Shown here piece by piece: positions 1-7,318 of a stretch of DNA of 30,376 bases. The position numbers and the translations under genes were made by a program. The stretch is from the IMG/VR virus record IMGVR_UViG_3300032032_001435, positions 1 to 30,376 of that record. One strand, given 5' to 3'. Position 1 is the stretch's first letter. Every line of letters starts with the position of its first letter. The notes under the pieces were generated by a model, which was not told where the DNA came from, ran no database searches, and saw only the letters and a list, made by a program, of their open reading frames with translations. The DNA is from a virus. Its lineage: Duplodnaviria > Caudoviricetes.

Positions 1-97
1 TAAAAGACGCAATTGACAAAAAGTACACCCTAGTGTTTTTTTTTCTTTCTTTTTCTTAAAACTCATGTAATAATGGGTATGTATAAAGGCTTTCAAG

Positions 98-2563
98 ATG
101 TCAGATAAACAAATTCACGTAAAAAAACGGAACGGCAGACTTCAAAAACTAAACATTAACAAAATAAACTTGTGCGCTGAAAGAGCGTGTGAAGATATTG
201 ATAATGTATCAGCTAGTGAAGTTGTATTAGATGCGCACGTTCAATTTTATGATAAAATTACTACCAAAGAAATAGATAAAGCACTTATCTTAAGCGCACG
301 ACAAAAAATTGAAAAGGAACCCAATTACTCTTACGTTGCTTCTAAGTTATTACTTTTTAACATCCACAAAGAAGTTTTCGGGGAAAGCCGAGATAGCGAC
401 GCCTTTGAACATCAATATAAATTAGCATTTATTAGAAATACCAAAAAACTTGTCCAAGAAGAAATTTTAGATGAGAGATTACTAGATTTTGATCTTACCA
501 AACTATCAGATGCTCTAGTGTTAAGCCGGGATTTAAAATTTAAATACTTAGGTTTACAAATTTTATATGACCGGTATCTTCACAACGTGAGTGGCCGCCG
601 CATGGAAACACCTCAGGCGTTTTGGATGCGTGTAGCAATGGGACTAGCTCTAAATGAAAAAAATAAAGAATCAAAAGCAATTGAATTTTACGGGGTACTG
701 TCTCAGTTTCATTTATGTTGTTCAACTCCTACTCTGTTTAATAGTGGCAGTACCCATAGCCAGCTTTCTAGTTGCTACCTTAATACTTTCGACGATTCCA
801 TTGATGGCATATTTGAAGGTCTGTGGCAAGAAGCTAGAAAAAGCAAGTACGCTGGAGGTCTTGGCTTCGATGTTACTAACTTCCGTGCTTCTAATTCTTA
901 TGTTAAAGGCACTAATGGTAAGTCTTCTGGCTTAATTCCATGGCTTAAAATTTACAACGACACACTAATTGCAGTAGATCAAGGAGGCAAAAGGCCGGGG
1001 GCTGGCTGTGCGTATCTTGAGCCATGGCATTTAGATTTCGAAGACTTTCTTGATTTAAAGAAAAACACGGGAGATGAACGACGTAGATGCCATGATCTTA
1101 ATACCGCCAACTGGATTCCAAACCTATTCTTAGATCGAGTAGAAAAAGACGGGGAATGGTATCTATTTTCCCCCTCAGACGTAGACCTGCATAATTTGTG
1201 CGGAACAGATTTTAATAAAAAATACAAGAAGTACTGCCTTATGGCCGATGAGGGGGAGCTACCCAATCACAGGATCATAAAGGCAAAAGACTTGTGGAAA
1301 AAAATGCTACGAACACTGTTTGAGACAGGTCACCCTTGGATGACCTTCAAAGACAATGCTAACTTCCGTTATTCGAATAAACATTTGGGAGTTATTAATA
1401 GCTCGAATCTATGTACCGAGATTTTTTTGCATACCAAACCGTCAAAGTTTAAGAACGGTGAAAAAACTGAGATCGGAGAAACTGCCGTATGCAATTTGAG
1501 TTCAGTTAATTTAAAAGAGCATCTTAAGAAAGATGGTAAATTAGACTTTAAACTTTTAGCTAAGACCATCGCCACTCAAATGCGGATGCTGGATAATGTA
1601 ATTGATTTAAATTTTTACCCCACCAAAGAAGCTGAGAAAGCTAACATGAGCCACCGGCCAGTCGGTGCTGGAAGTATGGGGTGGGCTGATGTTTTTCACT
1701 CTTACGAGGTTAATTTCTCTAGCGATGACGCTGTTAAATTTTCTGATGAACTTTATGAATTTATCTCTTATCACTGTATTCTGAATTCCAGTAAGATTGC
1801 TAAAGAAAAAGAGTCCTACTCCACTTACGAAGGGTCACTTTGGGATCAAAATATATTACCCATTGACACCTATAAAGAGCTTATGGTTTTTCTCGATGAA
1901 AAACCTATCATTCATAGGGGTAAAAAATTCTGCCCCGAAGTAGAGTGGAAATATCTTCGTCAGCACATTGCAGAAAACGGAATGCGTAACAGCAATACCA
2001 TGGCTATTGCCCCGACGGCCACCATATCTTACATACAAGGGTGTTCCCCGTGCATAGAACCTGACTTTTCTGTCCTTTTTGTTTATGAAAATAAAAGCGG
2101 TAATCTAACCATTATAAACGAGTGGTTTATAGGTGAATGTCGCAAAAGAGGGATCTGGAACCAAGCCATGATTGATGCCATAAAGGACGTAGATGGCGAT
2201 CTCAGCCGTTTAAATGGAGATATCCCCCCAGACCTTAAGGATCGGTTCCGTACAGCCTTTGATCACGACCAATTCAAGCTTATTGATGGTGCTGCTGCCA
2301 AACAAAAGTGGATTGATATGGGTCAGTCTTTAAATTTATTTAATAAAACTACCTCTTTAAAATATTTGCATGATTTGTATTTTTATGCTAAAAATAAAGG
2401 ACTCAAGAGTACGTATTATCTAAGGAATCGAAGTGCCAGTGAAATCGAGAAAGCAACTGCGCCTAGTAGTAACGGTGGTGATAGTAACTCAGGTGATACT
2501 AATTCTCTTGAGCCTACTGCTGCGTCTTGTAATATAGACGGAACATGTGAAAGTTGTCAGTAA
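98..2563 (+). CDS. nrdA: Ribonucleoside-diphosphate reductase class I alpha subunit with N-terminal ATP-cone
   Basis: 821 aa; ATP-cone start VKKRNG; STPTLFN, QLSSC, NSSNLCTEI (thiyl Cys), AVCNL, APTATIS, STYYLR, C-terminal CESCQ. Confidence 0.97.
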   Translation: MSDKQIHVKKRNGRLQKLNINKINLCAERACEDIDNVSASEVVLDAHVQFYDKITTKEIDKALILSARQKIEKEPNYSYVASKLLLFNIHKEVFGESRDSDAFEHQYKLAFIRNTKKLVQEEILDERLLDFDLTKLSDALVLSRDLKFKYLGLQILYDRYLHNVSGRRMETPQAFWMRVAMGLALNEKNKESKAIEFYGVLSQFHLCCSTPTLFNSGSTHSQLSSCYLNTFDDSIDGIFEGLWQEARKSKYAGGLGFDVTNFRASNSYVKGTNGKSSGLIPWLKIYNDTLIAVDQGGKRPGAGCAYLEPWHLDFEDFLDLKKNTGDERRRCHDLNTANWIPNLFLDRVEKDGEWYLFSPSDVDLHNLCGTDFNKKYKKYCLMADEGELPNHRIIKAKDLWKKMLRTLFETGHPWMTFKDNANFRYSNKHLGVINSSNLCTEIFLHTKPSKFKNGEKTEIGETAVCNLSSVNLKEHLKKDGKLDFKLLAKTIATQMRMLDNVIDLNFYPTKEAEKANMSHRPVGAGSMGWADVFHSYEVNFSSDDAVKFSDELYEFISYHCILNSSKIAKEKESYSTYEGSLWDQNILPIDTYKELMVFLDEKPIIHRGKKFCPEVEWKYLRQHIAENGMRNSNTMAIAPTATISYIQGCSPCIEPDFSVLFVYENKSGNLTIINEWFIGECRKRGIWNQAMIDAIKDVDGDLSRLNGDIPPDLKDRFRTAFDHDQFKLIDGAAAKQKWIDMGQSLNLFNKTTSLKYLHDLYFYAKNKGLKSTYYLRNRSASEIEKATAPSSNGGDSNSGDTNSLEPTAASCNIDGTCESCQ
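2462..2506 (+). repeat. Three degenerate 15-nt tandem units in the NrdA C-terminal linker (PSSNG-GDSNS-GDTNS)
   Basis: cctagtagtaacggt / ggtgatagtaactca / ggtgatactaattct. Confidence 0.5.
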
Positions 2564-3573
2564 TGAGTAAAACGGGATTTTTGTTGGAAGAAGAAGTTGG
2601 TGGGGTAAATCAAATTTTACCACACAAACACGAATATGCGTGGGACTTGTTTCTCAAGGGGGTAGCCAACAACTGGTCCCCTTCCGAAATAAACATGAGT
2701 GATGACATTGAGCAGTGGAAAAACGGAACACTAAGCAAAGATGAAAAATTACTTGTTAAAAGATGTCTCGGTTTTTTTGCTGGAAGTGAATCCTTAGTTG
2801 GCAACAACCTGCTTCTTAATGTTGCGAGGTGGATAACTGATGCTGAGTGCGGTCAGTACATTATGCGACAAGCTTATGAAGAGTCTCTCCATAACTGGAC
2901 AGTTGTTACTTGTTGTGACTCTTACTCTCTCAGGGTTAATGAAGTATATGAAGCTTATTTAAATATCCCATCGATTAAGGCTAAGGATGATTTTTTGATG
3001 GAGATTACCACGAATATAAATCGACCCGATTTTTCCATCAAGACGGTAGAGGGGAAAAGGGAGTTTTTAAGAAATTTAATTACATATTATATTGTATGCG
3101 AGGGTACGTTTTTCTTTAGTGGTTTTGCCATGTTACTAGCCCTTGGTAGACAGAACAAACTTCCGGGACTCTCCGATCAAATACGATATACTTTGCGAGA
3201 TGAAAGTTTACATATACAATTTGGAACCTATTTAATTAATACAATTAAAAAACAATACCCATCGGTGTGGACAAAAAAATTCGAAGAAGAAACAGTGAAG
3301 CATGTCAAAAAAGCTGTAGAGCTTGAAGTAAAATATGCTCACGATGTTCTTCCCCGAGGAATCCTAGGATTAAATGCGGATATGTTTGTTGAGTATATGC
3401 AGTACATCGGCAATCGACGGCTTGAGGGAATTGGAATTGACTTTCAATTCGACAGCGACCAAAATCCCTTCCCGTGGCTTTCAGAGGTCGTAGATGCAGT
3501 GGCAATGACCAATTTCTTCGAAAGAAAGGTGAAGGATTATCAAAGTTCAGGTGTCCTAGAAGATGACTTTTAA
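2563..3573 (+). CDS. nrdB: Ribonucleotide reductase beta subunit, class Ic-like (R2c)
   Basis: Start moved to ATG 2563 (TAATG overlap with nrdA stop), 336 aa; NWSPSEI, GSESLVGNN (Glu first ligand), EESLHNWTV (Val at radical-Tyr site), CEGTFF, RDESLH, NFFERKVKDY. Confidence 0.96.
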   Translation: MSKTGFLLEEEVGGVNQILPHKHEYAWDLFLKGVANNWSPSEINMSDDIEQWKNGTLSKDEKLLVKRCLGFFAGSESLVGNNLLLNVARWITDAECGQYIMRQAYEESLHNWTVVTCCDSYSLRVNEVYEAYLNIPSIKAKDDFLMEITTNINRPDFSIKTVEGKREFLRNLITYYIVCEGTFFFSGFAMLLALGRQNKLPGLSDQIRYTLRDESLHIQFGTYLINTIKKQYPSVWTKKFEEETVKHVKKAVELEVKYAHDVLPRGILGLNADMFVEYMQYIGNRRLEGIGIDFQFDSDQNPFPWLSEVVDAVAMTNFFERKVKDYQSSGVLEDDF

Positions 3574-3580
3574 GTGTAAT
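3574..3580 (+). promoter_or_regulatory. GTGTAAT motif, candidate phage-specific promoter upstream of tmRNA
   Basis: 8 nt before the tmRNA 5' end; identical heptamer at 4725-4731 before the holin-like gene; ATGTAAT at 65-71 before nrdA. Confidence 0.35.
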
Positions 3581-3588
3581 AAACTTAT

Positions 3589-4001
3589 GGGAGCGTACTG
3601 GATTCGATTTAGATTCTTACGCCAAATTGCAAGCAGAGGATGATAGCTGGCCTCTTTAAAAAACTGTCAAAAAACCTAAATGCCAACAATAACGTTGACA
3701 TGGCCCCTTCACTAGCTGAAGCAGACGAGATTCTCGCTCGTTTCGGTTGGACTGAAGAGGTCGCGCTGGCAGCATAGTTCTGCCCCGTCCTACTCTGGAT
3801 GCTCGTTAAAGAGCTAGGGCGACGACAGCGAGCAAAAACTAGTTGTAAGGTAGAGACCGTCTAGTATAAAAAATCGGCTCCAAAACTCGTACAGGCCGTT
3901 TGTCGGTGACATGCCAAGCGAGTACTAACACCGACTAAGCTTGTAGTACATTTGAGCAGACGGCTCTAAAGACGCGGGTTCGATCCCCGCCGCTTCCACC
4001 A
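3589..4001 (+). ncRNA. ssrA: tmRNA (one-piece, 413 nt)
   Basis: Acceptor stem GGGAGCG (3589-3595) / CGCTTCC (3991-3997) with G3:U wobble, then ACCA; T-arm GCGGG-TTCGATC-CCCGC; 5' CTGGATTCGA motif; pk1 AGAGG/CCTCT plus TGATAG/CTGTCA; pk2-pk4 pairings (GCTCGTT/AGCGAGC, ACTAG/CTAGT, ACTCG/CGAGT, GTCGGTG/CACCGAC); tag ORF ends ALAA. Confidence 0.97.
3682..3777 (+). other. tmRNA tag reading frame ANNNVDMAPSLAEADEILARFGWTEEVALAA* (31 aa)
   Basis: Resume codon GCC after CTAAAT just downstream of pk1; ends LAA-TAG with the stop in the loop of a GGCAG/CTGCC stem. Confidence 0.9.
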
Positions 4002-4008
4002 AATCTAG

Positions 4009-4176
4009 ATGGATACCTTACTCATACAATTAGTAAAAAGGTACAGGCGGGAAATGAAAGACTCCAAAAATGAAGCCGAAAGAAAAATTCTGCGTAAAGT
4101 GATCAGGGATTTAGAAAAAATGATTTACAGTTACCAACCGTCTGCAACCTATACGATAACTAAATGGAGCAGCTAA
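4009..4176 (+). CDS. Small basic helical hypothetical protein (55 aa), not in ORF track
   Basis: ATG 7 nt after tmRNA CCA; MDTLLIQLVKRYRREMKDSKNEAERKILRKVIRDLEKMIYSYQPSATYTITKWSS; fills the gap exactly, stopping 2 nt from the convergent lepB stop. Confidence 0.55.
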   Translation: MDTLLIQLVKRYRREMKDSKNEAERKILRKVIRDLEKMIYSYQPSATYTITKWSS

Positions 4177-4178
4177 AT

Positions 4179-4649
4179 TTATTTCACCTTGCCTAGTATA
4201 TCGTCTTCGTAGATTATCCCCCACCATGACACGTCCCGATTGTCTCCTACCACCCAATACTCTTGTGGTCCCAAGGTAAACGGACCTTCATTCACGTTAA
4301 AGCCAAGGCCTTCCCAGTTAAATTCATCTATAAATTCTCGGCCATTTACATAAATAACACCCCTCCTTATCTCCACGACCTCATAAGGAAGAGCAACAAC
4401 ACGCTTAACTAAAAACTCCCCGAATCCCCAGTGCCAAAAAGCTACCACATCTCCCCGATCAGGGCTCTGTAGATCATAGGACAGCTTATTAACGAGAATA
4501 ACGTCCTTATCATCAATAGACGGGTCCATAGATGCCCCGTCCACGAGAAAGACCCGATACCCGAACCTAAAAACTCCCGCCAAAATAGTAACCAGTATCA
4601 AAAGCCGGATTCCCCACCAAATATCTTCTTTTTTAAATTTAAAATTCAT
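4179..4649 (-). CDS. lepB: Signal peptidase I (S26 family)
   Basis: N-terminal TM helix; GASMDPSI (catalytic Ser), RGDVVAF, FLVKRVVA (catalytic Lys), GDNR; AGGGG SD-like sequence upstream. Confidence 0.9.
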   Translation of the reverse strand: MNFKFKKEDIWWGIRLLILVTILAGVFRFGYRVFLVDGASMDPSIDDKDVILVNKLSYDLQSPDRGDVVAFWHWGFGEFLVKRVVALPYEVVEIRRGVIYVNGREFIDEFNWEGLGFNVNEGPFTLGPQEYWVVGDNRDVSWWGIIYEDDILGKVK

Positions 4650-4744
4650 TTTAGTCCCCTAGCTAGACCCTTTATAATAGCGAAAAAATACATAAAAAAA
4701 ATTTAAATAACTAATAATTTTTTGGTGTAATTAGAGTTAAGCTT

Positions 4745-5035
4745 ATGATGGATGCACAAATTATTCTAAATATTGCCTTTGGCACGATTATGTTTCTGGG
4801 TGGGTGGCTAATGAAGCTTATCTTGGGTCACATCAACGAAATCAAATCAAATCACGAAAAATTACTTATAAAACATATTGAGGACATGGAGTCCCTACTA
4901 GAGAAACATACCAACCTAGCCCTCTCGATGCCAGAGAAGTATGTCTCCAAAGATGACTTCCAAACCTTTGTAGAACGCATAGATCATCGATTTAACAGGA
5001 TTGAAGAAAAACTCGACAATCTTCTTAAAAAATAG
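4745..5035 (+). CDS. Small membrane protein, one N-terminal TM plus coiled coil (holin/XhlA-like phage protein)
   Basis: IILNIAFGTIMFLGGWLM hydrophobic helix followed by heptads and PEKYVSKDDF...RIEEKLD. Confidence 0.6.
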   Translation: MMDAQIILNIAFGTIMFLGGWLMKLILGHINEIKSNHEKLLIKHIEDMESLLEKHTNLALSMPEKYVSKDDFQTFVERIDHRFNRIEEKLDNLLKK

Positions 5036-5064
5036 TTTCATTCTTCCGGCAGAAGGCATATAAT
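5036..5064 (+). promoter_or_regulatory. Sigma70-type promoter, probable leaderless start of glycan island
   Basis: TTTCAT-17-TATAAT, ATG 5 nt downstream at 5070. Confidence 0.55.
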
Positions 5065-5069
5065 GAGAT

Positions 5070-5888
5070 ATGCTGTCTATTTATAGTACTGCTTTTAATG
5101 TAATTAAAAATAACTTTGATTACAAAGATGCAGTTAAAAACTTCTGCCTTTTTGCCCAAGAGGTAGTCATTTCAATAAACAAGAGTGACGACGACACGTG
5201 GGAAGCCTTCGAGGAACTCAAAAAGACCTATGGAAATCTCACCACCATCCCTGCCAGCGTAAGCTATGACGACCCCTGCATTGATGGAAAATTATTTAAT
5301 TTAGCCCTTCAAAATACTACTCAAGAATTTAAGATTCTTCTTGGATTAGACCAACGAATCCCGCTCAGGCAGCGAGAGAACTGGGAACAGCTAGCTTACT
5401 CTCTGAGGTTTGCCCCTCATGATGCATACCTTATTCCTGTTTTAGACCTTTGGGGGAGCGAGAAAAAAATTCGATGGGACCCAGAAGCCAATGTAAGTTT
5501 TCAATGGTTTCTTCACAAAGAGGGGCTAGAGAGAGGTGTCGTAGATTTTGCCCGACTGCCTAACGGCAAATTTGATCCATCAAAAAGTGATTCAAGTGAA
5601 TTAATTTACCCCGATGGAAAGCTCGTAAGACATGAGCATTATCTACAGGGAGGGAATCCAACAAATTTAAAAAATTACTTACTTGCGCTAGAAGAACAGT
5701 CAGTGTATGTTTTTCACTTGGGCTACATGAACTTTGAAAATAGAATTAAAGTTAATGAAGATATCTGGCGCGAGCAGTGGGAAGAAATTAGACCTCCAGA
5801 AAAGAGAGAGAATGCTGTTGCATTAAATGTAGAAGAGTTAAAAAAATATCCAACATTTGAACATAATCTAAAACTTTGGCATGAATAA
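5070..5888 (+). CDS. Glycosyltransferase family 2-like (GT-A)
   Basis: LSIYSTAFN...EVVISINKSDDDT N-terminus; LGLDQRI at DxD position; FHLGY. Confidence 0.7.
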   Translation: MLSIYSTAFNVIKNNFDYKDAVKNFCLFAQEVVISINKSDDDTWEAFEELKKTYGNLTTIPASVSYDDPCIDGKLFNLALQNTTQEFKILLGLDQRIPLRQRENWEQLAYSLRFAPHDAYLIPVLDLWGSEKKIRWDPEANVSFQWFLHKEGLERGVVDFARLPNGKFDPSKSDSSELIYPDGKLVRHEHYLQGGNPTNLKNYLLALEEQSVYVFHLGYMNFENRIKVNEDIWREQWEEIRPPEKRENAVALNVEELKKYPTFEHNLKLWHE

Positions 5889-6867
5889 AAAATTAGGACT
5901 AGTCGGTTGCGGTTATTGGGGACCCAATATCGTAAGGAATATACAAAAATTAAAAGGTGCAGACCTTGAATTCCTTGTAGATAAAAGCCCCGAGGCCTTA
6001 AACAAGCTATCGGTGACCACATCTCTGTATTCTGATTTAGAATCAGCACTAGAACGACACCGAGAGGTTGAAGGGGTCATCATTGCCACTCCCATTTCTA
6101 CTCATTTTGAGCTCGCAAAAAAAGTGCTAGAGTCTGGAAGGAGCGTTTTGATACAGAAACCAATGACCATGAACGCAGAAGAGTGCGACGTTTTAATGGA
6201 CATTGCAAAATCCAAAAATCTAGTGATAATGGTTGCACACACCTTTTTATTCACTGGGGCGGTAAGGAAACTTAAGGAACTTGTGGATTCCAATCACCTT
6301 GGTGACCTAAAGCACCTAGACTCTTGCCGGATTAACCTTGGTCTTTTTCAACGAGACTCTAATGTCGTGTGGGACTTAGCTCCCCATGACTTTTCTATCT
6401 TGAGTTATTTAATTGGAGATAGAAAACCACTATTTTTATCAGCAGTGGGTTCAAGCCACACCCCGAAAGGCAACGCAGATGTTGCCAATATTTCTGTTCA
6501 ATATGAGGATGGCTTTTCAGCCCATATCCACGTAAGTTGGTTTTCCCCAATTAAGGTTCGTAATTTAATCCTTAACGGAGATGAGAGGATGGTTGTTTAC
6601 AATGATAACAAGCCCTCAGAAAAAATTATGATCTATGATAAAAGCGTAAGCTATGACGACAGTGTTTTTGACTATAGGTCAGGAGATATGTTTTGCCCCA
6701 AGCTAGAACACACCGAGGCAATTGAAGAAGAAATCAAGCATTTTTGCGAATGTATGAACGGAGCAGAATGTATTTCTGGTCCCGAACTAGGTAAAAAGGT
6801 TGTTAAATTAATCGAAGCCACCAATAAATCCATTGGGTTAAAAGGGGAGCCATTTGATGTACAGTAA
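5881..6867 (+). CDS. Gfo/Idh/MocA NAD-dependent sugar 3-oxidoreductase (WbpB/WlbA/GnnA-like)
   Basis: GLVGCGYWG Rossmann motif, IIATP..TH, QKPM, WDLAPHD. Confidence 0.9.
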   Translation: MNKKLGLVGCGYWGPNIVRNIQKLKGADLEFLVDKSPEALNKLSVTTSLYSDLESALERHREVEGVIIATPISTHFELAKKVLESGRSVLIQKPMTMNAEECDVLMDIAKSKNLVIMVAHTFLFTGAVRKLKELVDSNHLGDLKHLDSCRINLGLFQRDSNVVWDLAPHDFSILSYLIGDRKPLFLSAVGSSHTPKGNADVANISVQYEDGFSAHIHVSWFSPIKVRNLILNGDERMVVYNDNKPSEKIMIYDKSVSYDDSVFDYRSGDMFCPKLEHTEAIEEEIKHFCECMNGAECISGPELGKKVVKLIEATNKSIGLKGEPFDVQ

Positions 6868-7318
6868 TGTTAAAGACTCGAAGATAGGTACAGGCGTAAA
6901 TATTTATAGCTTTTGTAACATCTATGGATGTACTATTGGAAATGAAACACAAATAGGTGCTCACGTAGAAATCCAGCGGGGAGCCGTCATCGGTAAAAGT
7001 TGCAAAATTTCTAGCCACTCCTTTGTTTGTGACGGGGTTACCATTGAGGATGGCGTTTTTGTGGGTCATGGAGTAATGTTTATTAATGATCGCAAACCCA
7101 AATCCTGCAACGAAAATGGGAGCAAACAGAAAGAGGGCGACTGGACTTTAGAAAAAACAGTAATTAAAAAAGGGGCATCGATTGGCTCTAATGCTACAAT
7201 TTTATGTGGCATCACTATAGGTGCGGGCGCGATAGTCGGCGCAGGGTCTGTAGTTACCAAAGATGTACCTCCAGAGTCTATCGTTTGTGGAAACCCAGCG
7301 CGAGTAAAAGGAAATTAA
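6857..7318 (+). CDS. Hexapeptide-repeat N-acetyltransferase (WbpD/WlbB-like)
   Basis: Left-handed beta-helix repeats; GVTIEDGVFVGHGVMFIND, IGSNATI, GAGSVVTKDVP, GNPAR; ATG 6857 with GGGGAG SD. Confidence 0.9.
   Translation: MYSNVKDSKIGTGVNIYSFCNIYGCTIGNETQIGAHVEIQRGAVIGKSCKISSHSFVCDGVTIEDGVFVGHGVMFINDRKPKSCNENGSKQKEGDWTLEKTVIKKGASIGSNATILCGITIGAGAIVGAGSVVTKDVPPESIVCGNPARVKGN

Noticed and set aside
13-50. TTGACA at 13-18 and ACAC-CCTA-GTGT palindrome with T-run as promoter, NrdR box or terminator
   Set aside because: No -10 box at 16-18 nt; the palindrome is 12 bp rather than the 16-bp NrdR box; a 4-bp stem is too weak to call a terminator
3695-3725. TTGACA inside tmRNA as an internal promoter
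   Set aside because: No -10 hexamer at suitable spacing; the bases are explained by tag codons V-D-M
3701-3763. Tag hairpin as a group I or bulge-helix-bulge intron
   Set aside because: Too short for a self-splicing intron; bulges of 4 and 2 nt separated by 9 bp do not fit the 3-4-3 BHB pattern
3971-4001. tRNA gene or integrase att site
   Set aside because: The T-arm and CCA pair with 3589-3595 as part of tmRNA; no anticodon arm, no duplicated 3' fragment and no integrase seen
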